A DNA stretch of 58,288 nt from Candidatus Brocadiia bacterium (GCA_041648755.1 JBAZOJ010000002.1:1-58288); one strand, 5' to 3'. Shown: positions 47,441 through 57,008, numbered from the stretch's first letter. Numbers and translations are program-made. The notes: generated by a model not told the origin, from the letters alone.

Positions 47441-49153
47441 ATGGCACGTAGCCTGTTTTGCGAATGCGGCGCCGTTTACGATGCTGACAAGCTGGCCGAG
47501 GACAGACTCTACAAATGCCGTGAATGCGGCGCGGTTCTCTCCTCGGAGTACGCTGTTGAGGAGGAGCTTCTGGCCATACGGCAGGAAGCTGCCATCCCCA
47601 AGACCGGAATGCTGATAACCGCTATTTTGATCGTTGGGCTCGCCATTATCGGCTTTGCCCTCGCCAAAATGAACGTAGTTGAAAAGGTCCGCACTGATTC
47701 GGAGAAGCAGGAAAAGACAGTCAGCGAATTCGGCCCGAAGCTGGACCAGTGGGAGACCTCCGCGTCCCGGATCCGCGTCGAAGACAAGAGCGAGCAACGC
47801 GCCTCGGAACTGATGGGCGAGGTCTTCGATCGCATCTCGCAGGCCAGAGACAAGGTCTATCCCGCCGTGGTCATGATCGAGTGTGGTGATAACGAGGGCA
47901 GTGGTGGCACCGGCTCCGGTGCTATCTTCATGCCCGATGGCCACGAAGGTGTGGATACCGAAGGCTACATCGTCACCAATTTCCACGTGGTGCAAAACGC
48001 CTTCATACTCGAAGTCATGCTCTCCAATCAGGAAACCAGCGCAGCCGATCTGATCTACGCTGATCCGTTCTGCGATGTCGCAGTAATCAAGCTGAAGTAT
48101 CCGGAGAAGTGCAAGGACATCAAGCCCGCCAAGTTCGCCGACAGCGAAAAAGTGAGAATTGGCGACTTCTGCATGGCAATGGGCGCTCCGCAAGGCCTTG
48201 GTCGTTCGGTATCTATCGGTGTCGTGACTGCACAACACAGGATGCACGCTTCCCAACTGGGCCCCCAGATCTCGCATCGCGAGCATTGCTTCATTCAGAT
48301 GGACGCGCCGATCAACCACGGCAACTCCGGCGGCCCCACGGTCAATCTTAACGGCGAAATCATCGGTATGAACACGCTCGGATTCGATATGTACGGCTTC
48401 GAGAAATTCGCCTACTGCATCTCTTCGAACTACGAACGCGAAATCGCAAATACGATCGTGCGCAACAATTCCCAGAGTCGCACTCCACTGGTCGAGCGCT
48501 CGACCTACGGACTTGAGTTCCTGCCGATGTCAACTATCGGTCGCGCGGAAAGCGACGGGGTTATCGTCTCCTACGTGGCTGACAGCAGCCCCGCATACCA
48601 GATGGGCCTTCGCCCGGGCGACATTATCACCAGGGCGGTCATCGGTGGCAAAGAATACCTCCCCAAGGTTCACTACCCGGAGCAAGCCTATCAGGCATTT
48701 TATGCCTTCCAGTTCATCCCCTTGGGAACTGGCGCCGACGTGACGTGGCACAACTATGTCACCGGTGAAGAGAAGACAGGCTCCATGAGCAGTGCAGGAT
48801 TTGCAGCGGAGAACTTCGACAAGGCCGGATCGTCAGACTGGTTTCTCGGCACCGTAATGACTCCATGTACCACGGCGGATTTGGAGGGCGCCGGATTCGA
48901 GGCTGAGGAAGCCAGCGGATTCGTGATCCAGGACTGGGCAGACAGCGGCTCATCGGTCATCGGCGGAATGCACCTGCGTGATTTTGGCCTCAAGAGAGGC
49001 GACATCATCAGGACTATCGACGGTGTGATTCCCCAGGCTGCCCGGCACATTTACGGCCTCATCGTTTCTCATTTCCAGGGGCGCCCGGATCCGATAGTGT
49101 TCGAGGTTATTCGCGGCAAGGCCAAGATTTACTTCCAATTCGAAGTGCAGTAG
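47441..49153 (+). CDS. Zinc-ribbon/TM/HtrA-like serine protease with PDZ domains, intact catalytic triad
   Basis: CECG...CRECG; TM; TNFHVV (His), CDVAVIK (Asp), GNSGGP (Ser); PDZ SSPAYQMGLRPGDII and GLKRGDII. Confidence 0.93.
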   Translation: MARSLFCECGAVYDADKLAEDRLYKCRECGAVLSSEYAVEEELLAIRQEAAIPKTGMLITAILIVGLAIIGFALAKMNVVEKVRTDSEKQEKTVSEFGPKLDQWETSASRIRVEDKSEQRASELMGEVFDRISQARDKVYPAVVMIECGDNEGSGGTGSGAIFMPDGHEGVDTEGYIVTNFHVVQNAFILEVMLSNQETSAADLIYADPFCDVAVIKLKYPEKCKDIKPAKFADSEKVRIGDFCMAMGAPQGLGRSVSIGVVTAQHRMHASQLGPQISHREHCFIQMDAPINHGNSGGPTVNLNGEIIGMNTLGFDMYGFEKFAYCISSNYEREIANTIVRNNSQSRTPLVERSTYGLEFLPMSTIGRAESDGVIVSYVADSSPAYQMGLRPGDIITRAVIGGKEYLPKVHYPEQAYQAFYAFQFIPLGTGADVTWHNYVTGEEKTGSMSSAGFAAENFDKAGSSDWFLGTVMTPCTTADLEGAGFEAEEASGFVIQDWADSGSSVIGGMHLRDFGLKRGDIIRTIDGVIPQAARHIYGLIVSHFQGRPDPIVFEVIRGKAKIYFQFEVQ

Positions 49154-49161
49154 GTGAAGAT

Positions 49162-50949
49162 ATGGCCAACTTCGTACAATGCAAATGCGGTGAGAAGATA
49201 GCCACTGTCCGGTTTCGCAAGGCCGACTCCGTGGTCTGCCGTAGCTGCGGTCTCATCGTCTATGCCGATGGACACACAGCAACGAAGACCGCGGTGATTG
49301 AGCGCAGGAAGCCGGTCGCAAAGAAGGTCCGCCCTTCGGGCTTCAAGCCGCGTCTGGTGATGCCCGCCCAGTTCCTTGGGCTTGCGCCGATTTTCTATCT
49401 TAACCTTGTTCTCGCGATCGTGGCGGTTGTTGTTCTTATCGCGTACGGTGGTTCGCGCCAGGTCGTATCTGATTCGAAGCCGCGTCCCTACTCCAATAAG
49501 CTCAACGAATGGACGCAGCAGGAAAGCACCATCAATGCGCGTATCAAAGAAGCTGCGACCGTCAAGGTCAACGTCAAGAGCATCATCAACGACATTATGC
49601 TCAACGAGGTCCCAGCTTCCTACAAGAAGACCGTCGGCTCGACGGTCATTATCGAGCCTCAGTCGTATCGCATCGTGAATGGTGAGAGACGCAGTATTGG
49701 GTACGGCAGACCCAGTTCGGGCTTCGTATTCTCCCCCTCCGGCTCAGTATCAGGGGAGGACTTCTATATCATCACGACCTTTGCCGCAGTGGATATGGCG
49801 GACTACGTTACTGTGACTTTCTCCGACATGTCTGTAGCCCGTGGTTCGATCGCGGGGGGCGACCCTGACTCGAACATCGGCGTTGTACGTGTCCCCAAGA
49901 AGTTCCTTGCCAATGCCGAGGAGTATCGGGCGGTGCCGACGACCGACAACGTGTCGCTGGGCGAACCCATACAGACACTGGGCGGAATAGGAATGAACAC
50001 CGGGTTGTCCCTCTATAGAGGAGCCATCTCATTCCTGAAGCGTGCACGGCAGAGCAGGCTCGCAAGCGGACGGCCCTCCGGCAAGTGCAGCGTATTCTAC
50101 CAGACCAACTGCGTAATTAATCCCGGCATGGAGGGCGGTCCCGCCTTCAATGCTCGCGGCGAAATAATCGGTGTCTCGATGTCCTACCTCAGCGAAGACG
50201 ATCTCGGCGCCGAACTCGGCATCTCGTATGAGTATGTGAACGGTGTCAACCTGATCCTTCCCATCGGCTACGCGCTGAAGATCGCCAATGCGATTGTCAA
50301 GGACGGCTATTTCAAGCGCGCGACTATCGGGGTCGAGTTTGAGGTCCTGGATCCGGCTGATCCTGCATCCAGCCTTGTTGTTTCATATGTAGAGCCGGAA
50401 TCCCCTGCCGGGAAGGCAGGCATTGTTCCCGGAGACCGGGTGCTGACCATTGGTGCGACTCCCATTGAGGTCAGGGTAAGCGGAGACATTCCCGCCCTTT
50501 ACCGCACGATCGCCGACCTCAAGACAGATGCGAAAATCGCTCTCAAGTTGCAGCATGCCGGTGCCGAAAGAACCGCCGAGTTGACCCCCATCGAGGCTAC
50601 AGACCCGCAGGACTTCGAGTTCTATTGCGAGGATTGGGGCCTTTCCCTGCGCATTCTCACCCCTCGCGAGGCCGCGAAGAGAGGCTTGGGGGAGACCCGA
50701 GGCTTGTTCGTTTCCAGTATTGACCGCGGAGGACGTGCGGCGGAGGTCAACCTGCGAATCGGCGATATCATCGTCAGCATCGAAGGCAAACTCCCCGTCA
50801 ATCGCGCTGAGCTCGAGGAGCTGTACATCCAGCTAACGTCTGATCAAACCCTGAGGAACGTCTTCTTCAAGGTGATTCGCTCCGGCTACACGCGGTTGTT
50901 CCTTCTGAGGAACGTCAAGAAGATCTCGTCCGGCGCGAACGTCAATTAG
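49162..50949 (+). CDS. Zinc-ribbon/TM/HtrA-like pseudoprotease with two PDZ domains
   Basis: CKCG...CRSCG; TM; triad positions TTFAAV, SNIGVV, PGMEGGP; PDZ SPAGKAGIVPGD, LRIGDII. Confidence 0.88.
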   Translation: MANFVQCKCGEKIATVRFRKADSVVCRSCGLIVYADGHTATKTAVIERRKPVAKKVRPSGFKPRLVMPAQFLGLAPIFYLNLVLAIVAVVVLIAYGGSRQVVSDSKPRPYSNKLNEWTQQESTINARIKEAATVKVNVKSIINDIMLNEVPASYKKTVGSTVIIEPQSYRIVNGERRSIGYGRPSSGFVFSPSGSVSGEDFYIITTFAAVDMADYVTVTFSDMSVARGSIAGGDPDSNIGVVRVPKKFLANAEEYRAVPTTDNVSLGEPIQTLGGIGMNTGLSLYRGAISFLKRARQSRLASGRPSGKCSVFYQTNCVINPGMEGGPAFNARGEIIGVSMSYLSEDDLGAELGISYEYVNGVNLILPIGYALKIANAIVKDGYFKRATIGVEFEVLDPADPASSLVVSYVEPESPAGKAGIVPGDRVLTIGATPIEVRVSGDIPALYRTIADLKTDAKIALKLQHAGAERTAELTPIEATDPQDFEFYCEDWGLSLRILTPREAAKRGLGETRGLFVSSIDRGGRAAEVNLRIGDIIVSIEGKLPVNRAELEELYIQLTSDQTLRNVFFKVIRSGYTRLFLLRNVKKISSGANVN

Positions 50950-50965
50950 CAGTAAGGGGTTTTCG

Positions 50966-53083
50966 ATGAGCAAGATACAAGAATGCAAGTGCGGAGCCAA
51001 GTATAACGTCGAGCGTTTCCAGCCCGGCACGAAGTTCAAATGCAAGGTCTGTGGAGAGATCCTCGGAGTCCCGGTTGCCGAGGCACCCACTCCTATTCCA
51101 ATTCCGGAAACGCCGAAGCCGATTCCCTCGCAGCCGCGCGCCACACCTCCGCGTCCAAGGGCTCCTGAATCTCGTCGCCCGGCGCGTGAAGAAGAAGCCG
51201 AACGGCCGCGTCCCATCCGGCAGCGGCCCGCGCCAGCGCCGGAGGTTCCGGAGCCTGTTGAAGAAGACGCCGAAGTCCCGCGTGCGCGCAGGACTCCTCC
51301 CCCTTCAAGGGAAGAAGCCGTCGAGCAAAGGCGTGAACCCGCTCGCAGGCCGACTCCTCCTCCGGCCGAACCTGAACCGGCTCCGCCTGAGCCTGAGCCG
51401 GAGGAAACAATTGAGGAAATATCCGCGGACGTTCTGCTCCGCAAGGAAGACTACTCCAAGCATAGAGACGAGACTCTGGCAAGGGTGCCGAAATTCCTTC
51501 CCGCATTTCTCATCAACGGCGCCGTTTTCGCGGCTGTTCTCATCGCTGGAATCGTAATGATCGGTGGATTTGCCAAGCCGCAGGTAAACGGCGAGGCAGA
51601 GCGAATTGCCGGAGAATTCAACAAGCGGTCGGAGAAGATTGACGCCACTATGACCGAGAAGCTTCAGGAAGCGATGAGGCTTGGCACGGTGAATAGCGAC
51701 ACGGTGTACAAGGGTGTTCGCGAGAAATTCGCCAAGGCCGCTCATCGCGCATCATTTGGCACAGTTTCCGTTATCAGCGACCTCGACATCTACGATGCAG
51801 GCACCCCCGTCAGAATTCCCTACAAGGGTGGCGGTTTTGCCTTTGTGGTCGATGGCGCGAAGAACTACGAAGGCTACATCGTTACCTGTTACGAGAACAT
51901 CGCCGGGGCACGGTCCGTCAAGGTTCTTGCGTTCGATGGCCGTCAGTACGATGCAAAGATCGTGGCCTATGATGTTCCTTCCAACATTGCCGTCCTGCAG
52001 ATAGATGTCGCCGAACTGAAGAAGAACGGGACAGCGCTTGAGCCCATTGAGTGGGGCGATTCCGACGAAGCCAAGAAGAAGGTCGCTTCATACGTGTTTA
52101 CCTGCGGCTCTCCTTTCGGAATGGACCGTTCAGTGGCCCTTGGAAGCGTTTCCTGCCCTGACCGCTACACCGTGTACTCGATTCGTACGGGTGAAGCGTG
52201 CGGATTCTACAACCAGTTGTTCCAGACCGACGCAGCCGTCAACTGGGGCAGCACGGGCGGCCCGCTTGTCAATCTCGATGGCCAGGTTATCGGAGTCTGT
52301 GTTGCGGGACTTCACAAAGCCTTCGGCCTTACTGACTACAACGGGCTCTACTTCGCAATACACAGCAATTTCGCCCGGAAGATCGCCAACGCTCTGGCGC
52401 GCAACAGCAGAGTGGACCGATCCTACACGGGCATACTTGTCGATTCTCTCAAGGCGCTTGAACTGGATCCCGATTTCAGAGGCGTGGCCGTTGTCGGTGT
52501 CGAGCCCGATTCCCCCGCTGCCAGCTCTGCGCTTTCGGCCGGAGACATTTTCTATGCCGTCTCCTACATGGAGAACAATGCGAAGAAGGAAATCAAGCTG
52601 AACGCCAGGCATACTCCTGACCTGCCCATCATCTACGACGCATTGGCCTCCCTGCCGCCGAATACAGAGGTAACGTTCCTCATCAAGGACAGGACTGGCG
52701 AAAACAAGCCCCCGGTCGTTATCAAGACCGTGCCTCTCCCGAGAGGTGGGTCTGATGTCGTGAACGCCGAGAGGTGGGGAATTGTCGTGTCGCCGGTGTC
52801 CAAGACGACCTCGATGGCTTTTGGCACGCCTGATGGCAAGGGTGTAATGGTGGTTGCCGTCATGGACAATTCGCCAGCTTCCCGCGCCATGATCCAAGTG
52901 GGAACGATTATCCTGGCAATCGACAACAAGTCCATTGACGACATCAAGATCTTCCGCACGCGCTACGATAACCTCCGGGCAGACAGGCGGCGCGAGGTAA
53001 CATTCGACGTCAAGAGGCCGAACGCATTTGGCATGCTTGGCGCGTATGGGAACGACTTCATCAAGATCCTTGTAATCTACTAA
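50966..53083 (+). CDS. Zinc-ribbon/Pro-Glu linker/TM/HtrA-like pseudoprotease with two PDZ domains
   Basis: CKCG...CKVCG; TM; triad positions TCYENI, SNIAVL, WGSTGGP; PDZ DSPAASSALSAGD, NSPASRAMIQVG. Confidence 0.88.
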   Translation: MSKIQECKCGAKYNVERFQPGTKFKCKVCGEILGVPVAEAPTPIPIPETPKPIPSQPRATPPRPRAPESRRPAREEEAERPRPIRQRPAPAPEVPEPVEEDAEVPRARRTPPPSREEAVEQRREPARRPTPPPAEPEPAPPEPEPEETIEEISADVLLRKEDYSKHRDETLARVPKFLPAFLINGAVFAAVLIAGIVMIGGFAKPQVNGEAERIAGEFNKRSEKIDATMTEKLQEAMRLGTVNSDTVYKGVREKFAKAAHRASFGTVSVISDLDIYDAGTPVRIPYKGGGFAFVVDGAKNYEGYIVTCYENIAGARSVKVLAFDGRQYDAKIVAYDVPSNIAVLQIDVAELKKNGTALEPIEWGDSDEAKKKVASYVFTCGSPFGMDRSVALGSVSCPDRYTVYSIRTGEACGFYNQLFQTDAAVNWGSTGGPLVNLDGQVIGVCVAGLHKAFGLTDYNGLYFAIHSNFARKIANALARNSRVDRSYTGILVDSLKALELDPDFRGVAVVGVEPDSPAASSALSAGDIFYAVSYMENNAKKEIKLNARHTPDLPIIYDALASLPPNTEVTFLIKDRTGENKPPVVIKTVPLPRGGSDVVNAERWGIVVSPVSKTTSMAFGTPDGKGVMVVAVMDNSPASRAMIQVGTIILAIDNKSIDDIKIFRTRYDNLRADRRREVTFDVKRPNAFGMLGAYGNDFIKILVIY

Positions 53084-53105
53084 GTCACATGCTCTAATCG
53101 TATGC

Positions 53106-53133
53106 AAGGGGGAGGCAATGCCTCCCCCTTTTT
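53106..53133 (+). terminator. Terminator closing the HtrA operon (may also serve the convergent operon)
   Basis: AAGGGGGAGGCA-A-TGCCTCCCCCTT then TTT. Confidence 0.85.
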
Positions 53134-53140
53134 CTTGATG

Positions 53141-53854
53141 TTACAGGCCGGATATGCGATTGTAGTGCTCGGCCAGCAGTCTCTGAGCGTCAGGGGCGGA
53201 TATCGTCTTAGCGTACTCGCGCGCAAAACTCTCGTCCGGGACACCGGGCGGAGGAAGGGCCATCCGGCGGCGCTCGGAACAGGAATCCAGATATTCGTCT
53301 GTCAGGGCCGATGGGATATCTTCGCAGATTTCGGCAATTCCCGGCGTGACGGCATCAACGCCGAGAATCTTGCGGCCGCGACGGATGATGGCCGAAGCGG
53401 TCTCCTTCCCGCAGCGCCTTTCCAACAAAGCGATGCCCCCTGAGCCAGGCGCAAAGCCAAGCGCGCTTTCGGGGAACCAGAAATAGCTGTGCCGGGAAGC
53501 AACAATGCACTTGCAGGCCAGGGCAAGCTCGAATCCCTTGCCAATGCAATGACCTTCGACGAGGGCAAGCGACGGGAAGGCCGCCTGCGCGATGGAGCAG
53601 AGCACTGCTTGAGCCTTCATTGAGCGCGCGAATGCGCGAGCCTCGTCAAGACCAACCAATTCGCCGAGGTGCGCCCCGCTGCTGAAGGTTCCATTTGCGC
53701 CACGGAACGCGAGCCCTTTGCCGTCGGATTGGCTGAGCGATACTGCCTCCCGGATGCCCTCCTGGACCTCATCGGAAATCGAATTCTGTGTCTCTGGCGA
53801 TTCCAGGAGCAGCACTCGCCATCGGGACAGTTCAGTAAGTTGCGTGTAAGTCAT
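53141..53854 (-). CDS. Enoyl-CoA hydratase/isomerase family protein
   Basis: FSSGAHL, GHCIGKGFELALAC, FPESALGFAPGSGG. Confidence 0.9.
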   Translation of the reverse strand: MTYTQLTELSRWRVLLLESPETQNSISDEVQEGIREAVSLSQSDGKGLAFRGANGTFSSGAHLGELVGLDEARAFARSMKAQAVLCSIAQAAFPSLALVEGHCIGKGFELALACKCIVASRHSYFWFPESALGFAPGSGGIALLERRCGKETASAIIRRGRKILGVDAVTPGIAEICEDIPSALTDEYLDSCSERRRMALPPPGVPDESFAREYAKTISAPDAQRLLAEHYNRISGL

Positions 53855-55653
53855 TTAGGCTGTTCCTCTACATCGATCAAGGCGGCCTGAGAATCGAAGA
53901 AGCCCACTCCGAGCATTCGGCCAACGGTGGCGAGATATGAAACCGGCCTGTGAAGGACGTAAGATTTGGTTTCGCCGTCCGAGAATATCTTGACAATTCC
54001 GTCGTCGAAAGCTACAGCCAGTCTGTCAGAGCCGAGGAAGGCGAGCAGGCTCTCGGCTTTTCCGGACACGAAACTCTTCACAGGTTTTCCTGGAGCCTCC
54101 ATCGAGTAGATCTCGGAAATTCCCCTGCGCGCAACAGCCACGCAATTGCCCTCAACTGCTACGGCCGTGGGTGTCCTTATCCCGTCTCCGTCAAGCGCAG
54201 AGGCAAGCGTTACGAGCGAATTATCCCCGAGCTTGAGGCCCAGGATTTCCCCGGAATTCGAATAGCAGAAGGCGTATTGCGCATCCCGGGAAAGCCCGAA
54301 ATAGCGATACTGTGGTGGTAGCGTGGTAGTCTCCGGCGGGGTTCCCTGTTCAGAAGAGTCGGACCAGCGTATCAGAACGCCGTCAGTTCGGAGAAGCAAG
54401 CTTCCATCCGCGTTCCGTCCAGCGGCTACGATTTTCGAGGCTTCTTCCAACTCCAGCTTACGAATGGTCTTCCCGGTCAAAACGTCAATCTCCGCTGCCC
54501 GCCCGGCAGGAAGAACGCAAAGTGCGCGGCCAATTCCGGCATCCCGGACAACCGTGACTGCGTGCATGAGTGAGAACAAGGGCTTCGGCTCAAATTCCGC
54601 GGAAAGCTCAAAAAAGGAAATGGCTGTTGAACGGCCGATCGCAAGCCACATTGCCCCCTCGCGGAGTCTGCCCGTTGCCATGCAGAGCACAGGTCCGGAC
54701 TTTCCGACGGGTCCCGCGATCAGTTCGCCTTTCCGCGTGAAGACTCGAAGGGAGCCATCCGGGTCGAATCCGGCAATCTTGTCGCCGACAAGGAGAACTC
54801 GAGCGAGATTGGAAGAGGAACTCCAGTTGCTCTCCTCCGCGAGCCCGGTGGAGAAGTCATAGGTTCTTACTGAAGAGTCCGCCATCGAGAACGCGAGGAA
54901 TGAGCCGGACGCGGCCGAGTCGAGGATTCTGGCCGGGCACTCAACACGCCCTTTGGCTTCACCTGTTTCGATGTCGAAGTAGGACAGGCTGGAAGAGGAG
55001 ATGACCGCGACGTATGCCGATTTGCCAGATGTCACAATGTGGCAGCCGTCAACTCTCGCATGCCTGAAGACCTTGCTCCATCCCCGTGCTTTCCCCCGCG
55101 CCCGGATCCAAATTGACTCGGCAAAGGAAACAGCGATATTTCCAGCCGGATCGACCTCAATTGCTCGTACTGACTGTTTCCATCCGCTCTCCACGGTCCT
55201 GCAGGTTCCATCGGCCGGGTTGAATTCGCGGAGTGCTCCAAGTGCAGTGCCACACAACAGGCCCGTTGGGCTGAAGCTGACAGCGGTCGGGCTGTCGTCA
55301 AGAATCGGGTACCGGTTCCGGGTGGTCAGGTCAACCGATAACAGCAGCAGGACGCCATCTTCCGTTGTAAGAGCGACCAACTGTCCGTCGCGTGACACAG
55401 CCAGACCTCCCGTTGATCCGGGTACCGGTGCGAAGCAAAGGCTTTTCCCTGTCGCGAGATCCCACTTCCGTATGAAACGCCGGTCAAGCGTATAAAGGGC
55501 CGTTCCGTCAGGACTTGCACGCACCGCAGATACGGACAGGCCGTTTCTGTATTCCCCGGCGCCGTCGTGCCAATAAGAAGGGGCCTCATCTGCCAGAGCC
55601 AGGCCTGTCAACATGGAGAGAATCAGAATCAGTGCGCCCGTTCCCTTACTCAT
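53851..55653 (-). CDS. Secreted WD40/beta-propeller protein
   Basis: Signal peptide ending ALA; repeats AVRASPDG, LAVSRDG, AVSFSPTG, AIEVDPAG, FGLSRDA. Confidence 0.8.
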   Translation of the reverse strand: MSKGTGALILILSMLTGLALADEAPSYWHDGAGEYRNGLSVSAVRASPDGTALYTLDRRFIRKWDLATGKSLCFAPVPGSTGGLAVSRDGQLVALTTEDGVLLLLSVDLTTRNRYPILDDSPTAVSFSPTGLLCGTALGALREFNPADGTCRTVESGWKQSVRAIEVDPAGNIAVSFAESIWIRARGKARGWSKVFRHARVDGCHIVTSGKSAYVAVISSSSLSYFDIETGEAKGRVECPARILDSAASGSFLAFSMADSSVRTYDFSTGLAEESNWSSSSNLARVLLVGDKIAGFDPDGSLRVFTRKGELIAGPVGKSGPVLCMATGRLREGAMWLAIGRSTAISFFELSAEFEPKPLFSLMHAVTVVRDAGIGRALCVLPAGRAAEIDVLTGKTIRKLELEEASKIVAAGRNADGSLLLRTDGVLIRWSDSSEQGTPPETTTLPPQYRYFGLSRDAQYAFCYSNSGEILGLKLGDNSLVTLASALDGDGIRTPTAVAVEGNCVAVARRGISEIYSMEAPGKPVKSFVSGKAESLLAFLGSDRLAVAFDDGIVKIFSDGETKSYVLHRPVSYLATVGRMLGVGFFDSQAALIDVEEQPK

Positions 55654-55659
55654 CTCTCA

Positions 55660-56463
55660 TCACCAGAGCTTCGGGAAAAACATCCCGGTTTTTGCCTTGT
55701 ACTCCGTGTACTCGGGGAAAGCAGCAGTCAGTTTGCGCTCTTCGATACGGGCACGGGTATACTGACCCAGCACGAAAACAGCGTAAACGATAATGGTATA
55801 CCAATACAGATTGATGAGCAGCGAGCCAAGAAAGACGACGAAATGGCCTGCGTACAAAGGATGACGCACGTAACGGAATATTCCGTGCCCGATAAGCGTT
55901 CGGGCCTCCGCCATCAGGGTGAAGGCTCTGCGCAGAGTCAGAAGGCCGATCAGGTTGATTGCGGATCCGGCGATCATCATCAGGCCCCCTACGAGGAGTT
56001 GTGTGTCCGATCCGCGGTGCACCTGTACTGGGATTCCTATCTTCTGGAGCAACGCAGGTCCCATAGTGATGAAAAACGGCAGGCCAGCGATGATCACGGG
56101 GAAAACGACTTCCATGAACCCTCTGGCAACGCTCCTCGCAGGTCTTCGCGTCAGGAAGGCGATTATGTATGCAAGATAGATCCCGGTCTCAAGGGCCCAT
56201 ACGCCGAACCAGAGGTAATTGAGTGCGGGGATTTGCGTGGCAATGTGCCCCGGCTCAAGTGTCGTGAATCCAAGCCGTGACTGAATATCGGACCAGAAAG
56301 TGGAAAAGGAGCAGCCGGTATATCGTCCAAAGTCCAGTAGACGCCAGACAAGGAATCCGACGCAGATGATGGTTCCTGTCGCGCGTCCAATGAATTCGCG
56401 ATACGGCCATCTGTTTGGATCGAAAATCGGCAGGTCATTGAGTCTGCGAAGGAGGTTGCTCAT
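55660..56463 (-). CDS. Isoprenylcysteine carboxyl methyltransferase / PEMT-family membrane methyltransferase
   Basis: LIGHGIFRYVRHPLYAG, EERKLTAAFPEYTEYKAKTGMFFP; several TM helices. Confidence 0.9.
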   Translation of the reverse strand: MSNLLRRLNDLPIFDPNRWPYREFIGRATGTIICVGFLVWRLLDFGRYTGCSFSTFWSDIQSRLGFTTLEPGHIATQIPALNYLWFGVWALETGIYLAYIIAFLTRRPARSVARGFMEVVFPVIIAGLPFFITMGPALLQKIGIPVQVHRGSDTQLLVGGLMMIAGSAINLIGLLTLRRAFTLMAEARTLIGHGIFRYVRHPLYAGHFVVFLGSLLINLYWYTIIVYAVFVLGQYTRARIEERKLTAAFPEYTEYKAKTGMFFPKLW

Positions 56464-56702
56464 GCATCACCTTGGGTAGAGTCCTTCTTTGACGTTCGTT
56501 CGCTTGCCGACTTGCTTCGGTTCCGAGAAGCCGGTTACCATGTGAGTATTGTACTCACGGTTGGTCCGAAAATCCTCTAATCTCCTTGTGCGCGCAGCAC
56601 AGGATGAAGCGGAATTGCGCAGGTCGTTTGCGTTGGTGGCTCGCGAGCTTTGCTGTAACGGCAAGGCGGCTATAATGGGAAAGCCAGCGAAGCGGAGGTT
56701 GT

Positions 56703-57008
56703 TTGCCGGATTTCTTCATAGTCACCAAACCGATCCAGTTCGATGCTCGGGGCCGGGTCATTTCCGGCCAGTGCCTTCCGGATACCGACGGTTGGAAGGT
56801 CATTCGTTTCGATTCTCTCTCGGGGACGGAGACTGTTGTCTTCACGGGCTTCTATGACCACTGCAAGACGATCCAGGAGAATTTTGTTCGAGGCGAGGTA
56901 GCGCTCATCGAGGAACTCGCCCGCAAGCTCGAAACCGAGGCGGGGACTCGACGCGGTCGCAAATCGTGGATTTTCCGCCATTTCACGAGGAACAAAGACG
57001 GGACTTAG
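56703..57008 (+). CDS. Small hypothetical protein (101 aa)
   Basis: TTG start with GGAGG at 56694-56698 and TATAAT at 56671-56676; globular-looking composition. Confidence 0.55.
   Translation: MPDFFIVTKPIQFDARGRVISGQCLPDTDGWKVIRFDSLSGTETVVFTGFYDHCKTIQENFVRGEVALIEELARKLETEAGTRRGRKSWIFRHFTRNKDGT

Noticed and set aside
49162-53083. HtrA genes 2 and 3 as decaying pseudogenes
   Set aside because: Both ORFs are full length, keep zinc ribbon, TM, fold motifs and PDZ domains, and are tightly spaced in the operon. Loss is focused on the triad, which fits pseudoenzymes better.
55660-56463. ICMT-family enzyme as the modifier of the Cys in the CFV-box tails
   Set aside because: It is over 40 kb away, the family is widespread and acts on many substrates, and nothing in the sequence links the two.
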